Shown: positions 1 to 10,074 of the stretch, in pieces
How the letters are laid out: each line of letters begins with the position of its first letter
How positions within the stretch are numbered: the first letter of the stretch is position 1
DNA from: Chiloscyllium plagiosum
Lineage: Eukaryota
Reading direction: 5' to 3'
Length of the DNA: 23,681 bases
Assembly (NCBI RefSeq): GCF_004010195.1
Contig: NC_057753.1
Span: 10,602,832 to 10,626,512, forward strand
The notes under the pieces: model-generated
What the model was told of the DNA's origin: nothing
The model's database searches: none
What the model saw: only the letters and a program-made list of their open reading frames with translations
Position numbers and translations under genes: made by a program

Positions 1-563
1 TCCTATAGTAAGGACATTCTGGGGATTGAAGTTAAAGCGGATCCGGTATTTCTTCTGGGGTTGCCAAATTTGCCCTCTCTGGGGAAACACGGGAAGAGAC
101 TGTATAACATTCTTACCCACTGTGCAAGGAAGAACATTTTAACATTGGAAAAAACCCCAGGTCTTATGGGGTAGCGTCAGCTTGTGATGGAGCAACTCCC
201 CCAAGATTACCTCACAAATACGGTGCTCCACAAAACGGAGCAGTTTTACAAGACGTGGCAGCCCTTTCTAAATTATACTGTTGCAGACTTATCAGCAATA
301 TTAATTAGGACCTTGGTATAGCCGTGGGAATATGTCTGGGTGCCCATGGGGCCCTGGGAGGGGGAGGCTGGGGGAAAAGAATATGGCTACAATTGTAGTT
401 TAGTTTAAGCTAAGTAGATACGTTCTAAGTAGATACGTAGGCAGTTCATTATTAATAATATCGTGATATGACATGGTTGTACTGCATCTATTTTTCTGTT
501 TTTTTGTATATAGATGTTTTATAAAAGATTTGAAAGTTTCTAATAAAAATATTTCTTAAAAAA
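1..563 (+). mobile_element. L1/Tx1-like LINE 3' end (degenerate ORF2 C-terminus, 3' UTR, poly(A) remnant)
   Basis: Degenerate coding sequence reads P.VRTFW...CARKNIL..W...F.KTWQPFLNY, typical of the end of fish-type L1 ORF2. An AT-rich UTR follows, ending AATAAAAATATTTCTTAAAAAAA at 542-563. Confidence 0.7.
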
Positions 564-799
564 AGACATTTTCTTGCCTTCCCCCATAACTGTTTTTAAC
601 ATTGAAAAGTCGGATGAACTCAGCTTTGAATATATTCAATGACCCCCTAACTGTAGGTAAACATTCCCACTTCTGAACCCAATTCCTCTTGCTATTATAC
701 CACTTGCCTTGCTCATTGATTGTTGCACCTATGTGACAACTGGCATTGACTGGAGTAGAAAGCCCGAGTAGAAGGTAGCTAAGACATCTTTGTACATCC

Positions 800-890
800 A
801 CACATCATTCCTGATGAAGGGCTTGTGCCCAAAATATTGACTTTCCTGCACCTCGGATGCTGCCTGACCTGCTGTGCTTTGCCAGCGTCA
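800..890 (+). mobile_element. Penelope-related short repeat fragment with a degenerate hammerhead motif
   Basis: CTGATGA-AGGGC-TTGT-GCCC-AAAAT at 811-835, followed by CCTCGGATGCTGCCTGACCTGCTGTGCTT. The same repeat occurs at ~21712-21790 (+), ~22060-22120 (-) and ~23540-23625 (-). Confidence 0.7.
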
Positions 891-1099
891 CTCATCCCAA
901 TATATCACCAATTAAACAATGCATCTCCTTTCTGGTTTTATTTCACAGAGAAAGGCTATAACTTCACACTGTTACTGCATTTGCCATGTGCTTGCCAATT
1001 AAGACTCAGACCTGAACCAACTTTGCTGCAAGTCAAGAACTGAACTCCGGAATGAAAGAATAACTAGGAAAAGGGGCTGAGAGAAAAAAAAAACGTGTT

Positions 1100-1335
1100 G
1101 TACTCACAGACGTTGGAGAGAAGAAGGTGCAGTCTGGAGTGAAGCTCAACCTTCATTGAGAGAGAGAGTGAGTAGTAGGAGGACCACACTCCTTCCGGTC
1201 CTCCACCGCTTCCCATTGGCCAATCAAAAGAATCTCGTGCGCCGCTTTCCGCGAGGAGCATGCGCAGTAGTTTGCTGACACCCGGCGTACATGCGCAGTG
1301 CTCGCTGACACCGAGAAGCATGCGCATTATGCCCA
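1100..1335 (-). promoter_or_regulatory. CpG-rich promoter and putative non-coding first exon, probably transcribing leftward
   Basis: Three NRF1-like CATGCGCA motifs (TGCGCA at 1261, 1292, 1321), back-to-back CCAAT boxes ATTGGCCAAT (1215-1224), ETS core CTTCCGG (~1192-1198) and a minus-strand donor GTGAGT at 1107-1102. Confidence 0.6.
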
Positions 1336-1494
1336 GTGGAGATGCTGGTGTAACTGACAGATTTTCAGTGTCCAAATACCAATAAGAGAAAAAGAAAAGG
1401 CTGGAGCCAATTTTTTTTTTTTGTTTCCCTGGGGCTCAACGTTTTATTCCTTTTGCATTTTGTCTGGCTGCTCAACTTTTGTATGTCTTTTCCC

Positions 1495-1745
1495 CTGGTT
1501 GAGGAAATCCGAAACCGATGGAGTAACCTTTTCACGCAGAGTGTTGGTATATTAATGGAATGAGCTGCCAGAGGCAGTCGTCGCGGCTGGTACAATTACA
1601 ACATTTAAAAGGCATCTGGATTGGTATATGAATAGGAAGGGTTGAGAGAGATATGGGCCATATGGATCACTAGATTAATTTAGGATATGTAGTCGGCGTG
1701 GACCGAAATGTTTGTTTGCATACTCTTCAACTCTCCGACTCTATT
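1495..1745 (+). mobile_element. CR1-type LINE 3' end fragment
   Basis: TTTTCACGCAGAG..TGGAATGAGCTGCCAGAG..ACATTTAAAAGGCATCTGGAT..GATATGGGCCA matches the F.QRVV..WN.LP...FK..LD terminus of CR1 ORF2 plus 3' UTR. Confidence 0.75.
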
Positions 1746-2059
1746 TCTACGTATTCTGAACCAATTCCACAAGACTAGGAATAGGCCATTCCACCCTTAC
1801 AGCCTGTCCTCAATTGTGGCCTAACTGCACAGATTTCAATGCAAGTTTCAGAAGATGTCTGAACCTGTTTTTAAACAATTGAATATGCTTTCAGACTTTA
1901 CTGGTGTTTCTGAATACATCATTTTAGCTACTCTCATTGTTAAAGATCTGCCATTTCTCACGCTTCCCCCGCCCCCTCTTCTCCCGGGTAAAATCATCAC
2001 CATCCATTCTCTCTCTATCCTTAGAAGGGCTTGATACAGCGATCAAAGAGGGCTCGAGG

Positions 2060-2540
2060 CACAAGAAAGGACTGGAAGGGGGCTTTGCAGAGAGAGAAAT
2101 TGGACAGGGGGGCAGAGGCTGGAGGCAAGTGAGAGAGAGAAATGGACAGGGGGAACAGAGTATCAGGGATAGAAAAGCCTGGGCGTGCACAAAGTGGCGG
2201 GCAGAGAATGGGGGTAGAGGGTTTGGGAGGAGAGAAATGGGGGGTGCAGAGTGTGAAGCGAGGTAAATTGGGGGNNNNNNNNNNNNNNNNNNNNNNNNNN
2301 NNNNNNNNNNNNNNNNNNNNNNNNNNNNNNNNNNNNNNNNNNNNNNNNNNNNNNNNNNNNNNNNNNNNNNNNNNNNNNNNNNNNNNNNNNNNNNNNNNNN
2401 NNNNNNNNNNNNNNNNNNNNNNNNNNNNNNNNNNNNNNNNNNNNNNTGAGATAGAGAGAGAAGGGATTGGAAGCTAGGGATAGCGAGAGAGAATGGACGG
2501 GGGTGCTATGGGTGGCGGTGGGGGAATGGACGGGGGGCCA
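2060..2540 (+). repeat. Purine/G-rich degenerate minisatellite flanking an assembly gap
   Basis: Recurrent GAGAGAGAAATGG(ACA)GGGGG-like units occur on both sides of the N run. Confidence 0.6.
2275..2446. other. Assembly gap (N run)
   Basis: Run of N bases. Confidence 1.
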
Positions 2541-2978
2541 CCGTGGAGATGATTGGGTCTCGACCTACTGCATCAAGAGTGGTGAATGCATCTCACCCAC
2601 TCCCAGTATACCCTTCTCTGCACACGTGCAGTGCAGAGTTTTGTGAATGACACGAGAGAGAGTCTGGAACACTGTGCGCAGTCACCACCACATCCTGACA
2701 TCAGCAAACCACTGCCTTTTGTTTTAAAAACTGAAGAGAAGATGACATGTGCAATATACTAGGGATGGCAAGAAGTGGCTGGGAAACTGAACCAAGAATC
2801 AGCACTTTCAAGAGCTGGGCAAAAACAGGAGGATAGAAGGATGAATTCTGGTTGGAATGCATTGAAAGGTGGAGGAATTGGGAGACAGAGATTTCAGGGA
2901 AAAGATAGAGAAGGCTGTTCCGTACAAACCAGAATTCTCTCTTCCTATTTTCTGCCCTGCACTGACAGCAGTGATTTT

Positions 2979-3184
2979 AGATTAGATTAGATTAGATTAT
3001 TTACAGTGTGGAAACAGGCCCTTCGGCCCAACAAGTCCACACCGCCCCGCCGAAGCGCAACCCAGCCATACCCCTACATTTACCCCTATCCTAACACTAC
3101 AGGCAATTTCGCATGGCCAATTCACCTGACCTGCACATCTTTGGACTGTGGGAGGAAACTGGAGCACCCGGAGGAAACCCATGC
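2979..3184 (-). mobile_element. HE1-like SINE, 5'-truncated
   Basis: (TTAGA)n tail followed by CAGTGTGGAAACAGGCCCTTCGGCCCAACAAGTCCACACCG...GGAAACTGGAGCACCCGGAGGAAACCC. Near-identical to the copies at 5140 and 10820. Confidence 0.85.
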
Positions 3185-3419
3185 TGTACTCTCTTCTCAT
3201 AAGGTATTAGCAGAAGAGGATCTGCTGTTCAGGCATTCACACAAAATTTACTCAGGGCCTAAATATCAGCAGGAAAAATGTTTGCAGGAAATGATTTAAA
3301 CATCAACGTGACTTGAGAAACCATGTGATTACATGCAGCATGTGTGAGAGTGCTCCAAGGTTCAGATTGTGGAAAGAATTTTCCTTTTTTATATTATTCC
3401 TTTCTTTCTCCCTAAATTT

Positions 3420-4125
3420 CCCAGACATCAGGAGGTATCAATTGCGTTCCCTGCTGTCCTTTGCCTGTGATTGGGTAGGTAATGATCCAAACTCAATATG
3501 GCTGGATATTGAGGCCTCTCAAGCAAAGTACCCTCTTAATAACCTATAGTTCATGGATAAGATGAGGACAGTTATGGACCACTGCCGGAACCCATTGTCA
3601 TTAGTACAGTCAAGGCATGGAGGGCGATGCGTCAGAGTGAGGGTTGTTTATCCAAGACTTCGCTACTTACACCTATAGTTGGCATGCCAGGGTTCCGACC
3701 AGGAATGATGGACTCAGGGTTCAAACTATGGGCAGTGAGAGGAGGTTCTAGTTTGGGAGATTTATTTGATGGAGAGGTTATGATGTCTTTTGAGCAACTA
3801 AGCCGCAAATCCGGCTTACCCTGCAGAGACCTTTTCTGTTTTTTTCAGGTTAGGAATTGCATCCAGAAGGAGACCACACTTCTCACTAAGCCCTATAAGC
3901 CCGATACAGAGAGGTTGTTGCTATGCTCCACAAGCACCCTTTTGGTTAGTGCCCTTTATCGCCTGCTGGGTGGCAGGGCCTGGCAGGATATTAACCGGTT
4001 ATGTGAGGTCTGGGAGCAAGAGCTGGGAGTGGAGATCTCTTCTGAAACATCGGAGAACATATGGGAGAATACTCGAAAGATCTCAATTGGTAACAGGATA
4101 TGTACTACGCAGTTAAAAGTTCTGT
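3420..4125 (+). mobile_element. L1/Tx1-like LINE ORF2 fragment (post-RT region), degenerate
   Basis: Translation PDIRRYQ...WLDIE...FKLW..RG.SSLGDLF...SFEQL...FFQVRN...LY..L...WEQELG..IS...W...QLKVL is characteristic of the C-terminal third of L1-clade ORF2. Confidence 0.8.
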
Positions 4126-4610
4126 ATCAAATGGGGTACGGAGGTGAACGGGTTCGATAAAAACAGAAGGACATCATCCGCGTACAATGTAATCTTGTGT
4201 GCCCTCGATCCCACTTCCGGAGCGGTTATGTGGACGTTCTGACGAATAGCCTCTGCCAGCGGCTCCATCACCAATGTAAACAACAATGGCAAGAGGGGGG
4301 CGACTACCCCTACCAATTGTAAAATTCCCAGACTTCACTCAGTTGGTGATGACTGTGGCCAGAGGGTGGCGATATAAAACCTCCACCCACCTAGCAAAGA
4401 CTCCACCCAACCTGAACTGTTCTAAGACATAAAAAAGAAATGGCCATTCCACCCGGTCAATTGCTTTCTCTGCATCTAAGGAAATCACCAACCGCTGAAT
4501 CAATCATTGCTTTCAAACTTGGACCACATTCAGCAACCTTCTGATATTATTAGAGGACCTATGGCCCCTTATAAAGCCTGTCTGGTCCTCTTTAATAATA
4601 TGGAGCAGCG
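4125..4610 (-). mobile_element. L1/Tx1-like LINE ORF2 reverse-transcriptase fragment
   Basis: Minus-strand translation contains DQTGFIRG, ISLDAEKA.DRVEW, PLLFTLVMEPLAEAIR and HKITLYADDVLLFL, including the catalytic YADD motif. Confidence 0.9.
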
Positions 4611-4995
4611 CCTCCTATGCTCCAGTGAAAAAGATCGGAGCCTCTCCTTGTAACTCAAACCCTCCAGTCCTGGCAACATCCTGGTAAATCTTTTCTGAAC
4701 CCACTCCAATGGTATTATTCCTATAACAGGGTGACCAGAACTGTACTCAGTACTCTAAAAGTGGCCGTATTGACATCCTTTACAACCTCAACATGAGGTT
4801 CCAACTCCTACACTCAGTGTTGTGAATAATGAAGGCAAGTGTGCTAAACACCGCCTTAACTACTGGTGATGCAACTTTCAAAGAAATATGTACTTGAAAC
4901 CTTCCCCCCCAACTGCCAGGTCTCTGTTCTACAAGATGATCCAGGGCCCTACCATTAACTGTATAGGTCCTGCCCTTGTTTATTTTACGAAAATG
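4611..4995 (-). mobile_element. CR1-type LINE ORF2 3' region fragment
   Basis: CCCTCCAGTCCTGGCAACATCCTGGTAAATCTTTTCTGAACC and TGACCAGAACTGTACTCAGTACTC are the reverse complement of the LEY.VQFWSP...VQKRFTRMLPGL segment of CR1 ORF2. Confidence 0.8.
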
Positions 4996-4999
4996 CAAC

Positions 5000-5680
5000 C
5001 CCTCCCTTTTATCCACACCTCTCTTATACACACGCTCTCTCTCAGGTACACACACACACACACATACATATGTATACACCCTTTCACAGGCTTATACTCC
5101 ATCACACTCTCACTTTACCAAGCATACACACATTCTCTTATTAGATTAGATTAGATTACATTACATTACAGTGTGGAAACAGTCCCTTCGGCCCAACAAG
5201 TCCACACCGACCCGCCGAAGCGTAACCCAACCATACCCCTAACACTACGGGCAATTTAGCATGGCCAATTCACCTAACCTGCACATCTTTGGACTGTGGG
5301 AGGAAACTGGAGCACCCGGAGGAAACCCACACAGACACGGGGAGAACGTGCAAACTCCACACGTTCCTGAGGAAGGTTCCTGAGGCGGGAATTGAACCCG
5401 TGCCGCCCACCATCTTGAGAATGTGACTTAAAAGTAGTTCTGGGATTTAAATATTAATGAACCGAAACCTGCAACCCATTCTAAAAGATGAAAGACTTAA
5501 CAGCAATCTAGGTTGGTTCAATATATCATTTCAATTGCATGACACTAATCTTTTGCTATAACTTCTGTGCCTTATGATCCTATTCCACAGTTACCTGATG
5601 AAGGAGCAGTGTTCCAAAAGCTAGTCCTTCCAAATAAACCTGTTGGACTATAACCTGGTGTTATGTGATTTTTAAACTTT
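5000..5680 (+). mobile_element. Penelope-related pLTR-like repeat with hammerhead motif, interrupted by a SINE
   Basis: 5411-5680 aligns with 18200-18460 and ends in CTGATGAAGGAGCAGTGTTCCAAAAGCTAG...AAATAAACCTGTTGGACTATAACCTGGTG. Inclusion of the (CA)-rich part at 5000-5138 is less certain. Confidence 0.65.
5139..5410 (-). mobile_element. HE1-like tRNA-derived SINE
   Basis: (TTAGA)n tail and body as at 2979 and 10820. B-box GGGTTCAATTCC is present on the minus strand near 5388-5399. Confidence 0.85.
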
Positions 5681-5934
5681 GTTTCGAGTCAACACAGCCC
5701 ATACGTCCCACTGCAGGCAGTAAACTTTACAATGCTGATGAAACGATGCAGTACCTGCAGAGATGACGAACTTAACAGCTTCTAACAATACTAGCTACTG
5801 ATTCACTAGCTCCTTTTGATACATGACATTGGAAACATAGTGCAGGAAGCTGAAAGAAATGAGCAGCTTTCAAAGAAAAACCGGTGCATCTCATAGATTT
5901 CAATGTCTGAGTCCAATGGTAAGTTCAGGTAACC

Positions 5935-5940
5935 TTTATT
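5935..5940 (-). terminator. Putative polyadenylation signal of ZNF-A
   Basis: AATAAA on the minus strand about 570 bp after the stop. It is conserved in the same context (TTGGGTCACAATAAAG) in copy B at 21643-21648. Confidence 0.55.
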
Positions 5941-6169
5941 GTGACCCAACTTTGTTACAGCTTCAGATTTCCCCAGCAAAAAGGCATATGAAAAGTAGCT
6001 TATTTCATTTTAAAACAGCTCAAGGTCAAAGCACACACACTCCCCATCCCCTATTTTCTTTACTATTGGTTGTCCCTTTGTAATTGGATCCTTGGTACAG
6101 CCTTAACCCACAGGAAGTATTGCCTCACTCAGCAATTTCAACCTATTCTCTATGTCCAAGTAAATTTCT

Positions 6170-6505
6170 CCCCACTCATTTCCCAGGCATGAGGGAGGGC
6201 AGTCAAGAGTCAGCCACATGGCTGTGGGTCTGGGGTCACGTGTAGGCCACACCGGGTAAAGGATGCAGCTGGGATGACCAAGTGAATCCTTTCTCACAAC
6301 AGCAGTTTCCTTCCCTGAAAAGGACATGAGTGAATCAGATGGGGATTTTCGTTTTTGCCCTGAAAACTGTTTCATCATTAGATTCTGAATTCCAGATTTC
6401 TGACCAAATTCCAATTCCGCCACCTGCCACGGCGGGATTTGAACCCAGGAGTCTCCAGAACTGGGTCGATAGTCCAGCTGATAATGGCACTCGGCCACTG
6501 TTCCT
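6170..6505 (-). mobile_element. Old tRNA-derived SINE forming the proximal 3' UTR of ZNF-A
   Basis: Directly after the stop codon on the minus strand: A-box-like TGGCCGAGTGC, B-box GGTTCAAATCCC, then a SINE-like body (TGGCCTACACGTGACCCCAGACCCACAGCCATGTGGCTGACTCTTGACTGCCCTC). Confidence 0.65.
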
Positions 6506-7195
6506 TCAATTCCCCTGCGATGGCACGTGTACTCGCTGGTGCCTCCGCAGGTGGGAGGAGCTGGTGAAGCCCTTCCCGCACAGAGAGCAGGTGAGCAGGT
6601 TGTTTCCGGTGTGGACCCGCTGGTGGGTCAGCAGGCCAGAGGAATCGATGAATCCCTTCCCGCACTCTGAGCAGGTGAATGGCCTCTCCCCAGTGTGGAC
6701 CCGCTCATGCTGCCGCAAGTTGCCCACATGACTGAAGCCTCTCCTGCACACGGGGCACGTGAATGGCTTCTCCCCCGTATGGACCCGCTCATGTGTCTGC
6801 AGGTTGCCCATCCGACTGAATCCCTTTCCGCACACTGAACAGGTGAATGGCCTCTCCCCCGTGTGGACCCGCTTGTGGACCAGCAGGGTAGATGACTGAG
6901 CAAACCCCCTCCCACACACGGGGCACGTGAACGGCTTCTCTCCCGTGTGGACCCGCTCGTGCGTCTGCAGGTTGCCCATCCGACTGAATCCCTGCCCGCA
7001 CATGGAGCAGGTGAATGGCCTCTCCCCAGTGTGAACTCGCTGGTGTGCCAACAGGTTGCACAGCCAACTGAATCCCTTCCCACAGTCGGTGCAGGAGAAT
7101 GGCCTCTCCCCGGTGTGAACGCGTCTGTGAGTTTCTAGCACTGAGGGGGAAGGGAATCCTTTCCCACAATCCTCACATTTCCACGGTTTCCCCAT
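6506..7195 (-). CDS. C2H2 zinc-finger protein with 8 tandem fingers (ZNF-A); no KRAB domain visible
   Basis: 229-aa ORF with 8 complete CxxC-x12-HxxxH fingers and TGE(R/K)PF linkers. Start context is CCCATGG. A splice acceptor TTCTTTTGCAG|G sits upstream at 7506/7505. Confidence 0.9.
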   Translation of the reverse strand: MGKPWKCEDCGKGFPSPSVLETHRRVHTGERPFSCTDCGKGFSWLCNLLAHQRVHTGERPFTCSMCGQGFSRMGNLQTHERVHTGEKPFTCPVCGRGFAQSSTLLVHKRVHTGERPFTCSVCGKGFSRMGNLQTHERVHTGEKPFTCPVCRRGFSHVGNLRQHERVHTGERPFTCSECGKGFIDSSGLLTHQRVHTGNNLLTCSLCGKGFTSSSHLRRHQRVHVPSQGN

Positions 7196-7504
7196 GGGGA
7201 GAGCTTTCCTTGTGTCGCTTTGGGTTTGAAATTACAAACAAAATACGTCCACAGTCTCTTCCCCACCGTGAATGGTGAGATTTTGATCCCCCAAGCTGAG
7301 CAAATGGTTTGAAGCAGCTTTTACAGTCAGCACACTGAATCTCCCTCACTTTCTGCCACACCAGTTTCCAAAAACTCTCAAGCAGACAAAAGCAAACGTT
7401 TCTTCTCGATTTGAACAGTTGCTGATATTCAAGTCCCCATGAATCAAGTGGTTCTGTCAAAAGTTAATGTATCAATTGCTTCCAGATTTCTTTCCGCATG
7501 TCTT

Positions 7505-7530
7505 CCTGCAAAAGAAATTCACAAAATAAG
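7505..7530 (-). promoter_or_regulatory. 3' splice acceptor of the ZNF-A coding exon
   Basis: Minus strand reads TTATTTTGTGAATTTCTTTTGCAG|GAAGAC. The homologous TTTATTTTTGCAG|GAAGAC occurs at 20180/20181 in copy B. Confidence 0.65.
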
Positions 7531-8519
7531 TGATCACTGTCAGTACAGTTAAATAAACATAACATAGATGGCAATTCCTGTAGATTGCTAGATGCCTGAT
7601 CACATATTATCTAGGACACAGAAACCTGAAAACCCTCATGCAGCCAGATAGCCTTAAGCGTGTATGGAAGAAAACTTCATTTTTGGTGACAATGACCTGG
7701 AACAAGCTGCCTACGAAGGTGCTGGAAATGGAGCTGAATCAAGGACATGCTAATGAAATGTCAAGGCTGCCTGAGAAAAGAAAACCATTAAAGTTGCTGA
7801 ATGATTTCCTGCTGTCCTATTAAATAAAAAAAAGACAAGAAATACAGGATGTGACTCCATTGCTGCATTAGAAGGTGAAGAATAATTACAAAGAAGCTTT
7901 TACAATAGCCAATAATATCAGATATGAAGCAACATTTTATACCAACGTGCCAATCCCTTAAATGCTGCTCAGTTCCATGAGAAACTACTCTTTTAATTGT
8001 GAACATGAAGAAAGAAACGATCCTTTTCTAGGGTGCAAACTGTACACAGCCATACTGAGGGAATACACAATTAAAATACCTTTAAGAGGGACAGACAGCA
8101 TCTGTGCAAAGTCTGCTCCCTCCCTGGATTCACTCCGTTTGCAACATGTGAAGTGTCTCCCTCCTCTCTCTATCTCTCCCTCCCTCCCAGGATGAGGAAA
8201 GGAAAGGGGGAGACATTGCTTTGCTCACAGATGTTGCCCAGAAGGAGAGAGTTTCACTCTGAAGCTGACAGAGCTGCTTCTGCGTTGGGATGTTCACGGG
8301 GGAGATGCTGGAGAAACGTCTGCAGCTGAGGCACGTAGGGAGAGGATGACACTTTGCAAACTCCCTTCACTCTCCTCCAAGTCAATATGGTTCAAGTTCA
8401 AGCAAAGCAGGGGGTTTCATTTTAGCTTCACATTCATAGAAAACCTCACCCTTTGTGAATCCAACATTTTACTCTCCCCTCCACTACGCTCTGAGAGTTC
8501 GTTGTCATTCATTGTTGTT

Positions 8520-10010
8520 CAGTGGATTACCCAACATACCAGGAGCCCCCCCTCAGACTCTCAGTCTCACTACCTGGGACACCAATATACAGACTAGCCA
8601 AGGAACTCCATCAAAGATTAAAACACCTAGTAGAAGACTCACACCACTCAATTCAATCTATCCAAGAATTTCTGAACACCAAAGACACCGAGATAGAAGA
8701 GGATGGTCTACATTGATGTAACAGCCATGTTCACATCCATTAACATTAATCTGGCCAAAGAAACACTGAATACACTACTGGAAGAACCAAAGACACAAAC
8801 ACCAAACAGTGCCCAACTTTATCAGCAAAGAGAACACTGTCAAGCTGCTGGACATGTGCCTTACCACCCACTTCACATTCAATAACAAGATCTAAAAACT
8901 AATCAATGGAACACACATGGGATCACCAACATCCTAGCAGAAACAGTAATGCAGACTCTCAAACAAACAGCCCTGCCAGCTATCCAACCCAAACTTTGAG
9001 ATGATGCATGGATACCTTTGTCATCACAAAATGCAACAAATTAGAAGAAACCTATAATACCATTAACAATAGCCTAACTGGCATAAAATTCACAAAAAAG
9101 AGAACAAAGTGCCATTCCTAGATCCCACAGTAGAGCGAACAGTCAATGGGGAACTTCAAACCAATGTCTACAGGAAAATGACACACATGGACCAAATACT
9201 TAACTACAGAAGCAATCATAACACCCACAAACGAGGCTGCATCAGGACATTATTTCAACAAGCCACCACACACCGCAGCACAGAGAGACTACGAACAGTA
9301 GAAGAGAAATACCTACACAGCACATTCAAGAAGAACAGGTACCCAATAAACCCAGTCCACCCATTTCTCAACAACAAACCCAAACAACCAGACACGACAC
9401 ACCCAGAAACCCGGGCCACATTACCTACCATCAAAGACATCTCTGAAATGACTTCCAGACTACTCAGACCTCTTGGCATCATGGTAGCCCACAAACCTAC
9501 CAACACACTCAACAGCAGTGAATGAACTTAAAAGAGCCCACACAAACAGCCACCAAAATGAATGTAATTTACAAAATACCATGCAAGGAATGTAATGAAG
9601 ATCACCTCAGACAAACGGACAGAAAACTAGCCACCAGAATACATGAACATCAACCAGCTGCAAAAAGACATGACCCACTATCACGAGTATTTCTACTTAC
9701 AGATGAAGAAGGATACTACTTTGACTGGGACAACACACCCATCCTAAGACAAACTAAACAGGATTGCTCAAAGCATGGCATTCCAACTAGAAGTCCATCA
9801 AGAAACACATTGATAATGGACCCCATGTACCATCCTCTGAAAAAAAGAATCGGAAATGGTAAGACACTAAGAAACCAAAACACACAAATAGAAAGCAGGA
9901 CATAACACCAGTGCTTCAATGGAGGCTCACTGATGATGTTACCTAGTTAGATGACAAAACATCTGAAAGTGAACCTTCTAGATCAGCGAGCAAACGTACA
10001 TCCAGAATGA
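8520..10010 (+). mobile_element. Penelope-like element (degenerate RT, GIY-YIG endonuclease and terminal repeat)
   Basis: Frameshifted translation gives LPGTP.Y.LAKEL, DVTAMFTSI, GT.MGSP, PFLD..V, VYRK.TH.DQ.LNY.SNH and NVIYKIPCKEC. A hammerhead-like CTGATGA lies at 9930-9936. Confidence 0.9.
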
Positions 10011-10074
10011 GGAAATTCCAGCTGACACAAGCGCTGCCACAGGGTCGGAATTCTCTCTCAGAAATGACAGGCTT

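Larger units (their letters stand above)
5682..8500 (-). repeat. Segmental duplication unit, copy A (ZNF gene with upstream and downstream flanks)
   Basis: The reverse complement aligns by eye with 15460-16196 plus 19899-22015. Partial copies also occur at 12850-13070, 17765-17900 and 18460-18741. Confidence 0.85.

Noticed and set aside
2060..2540. G-quadruplex-forming or telomere-like array
   Set aside because: It has no TTAGGG units. It is an irregular purine-rich low-complexity tract broken by a gap, so no function can be supported.
5730..5750. CTGATGAAAC in the repeated flank as a hammerhead or C/D-box RNA
   Set aside because: There is no stem II between CTGATGA and GAAA and no convincing box pair with a terminal stem. 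Its recurrence is explained by segmental duplication.
6330..7169. Overlapping alternative-frame and antisense ORFs over ZNF-A (likewise over ZNF-B)
   Set aside because: These are typical shadow ORFs of repetitive zinc-finger codons.
6520..7180. 84-bp periodic repeats resembling a CRISPR or other repeat-spacer array
   Set aside because: The period equals the 28-codon C2H2 finger, and the context is vertebrate.
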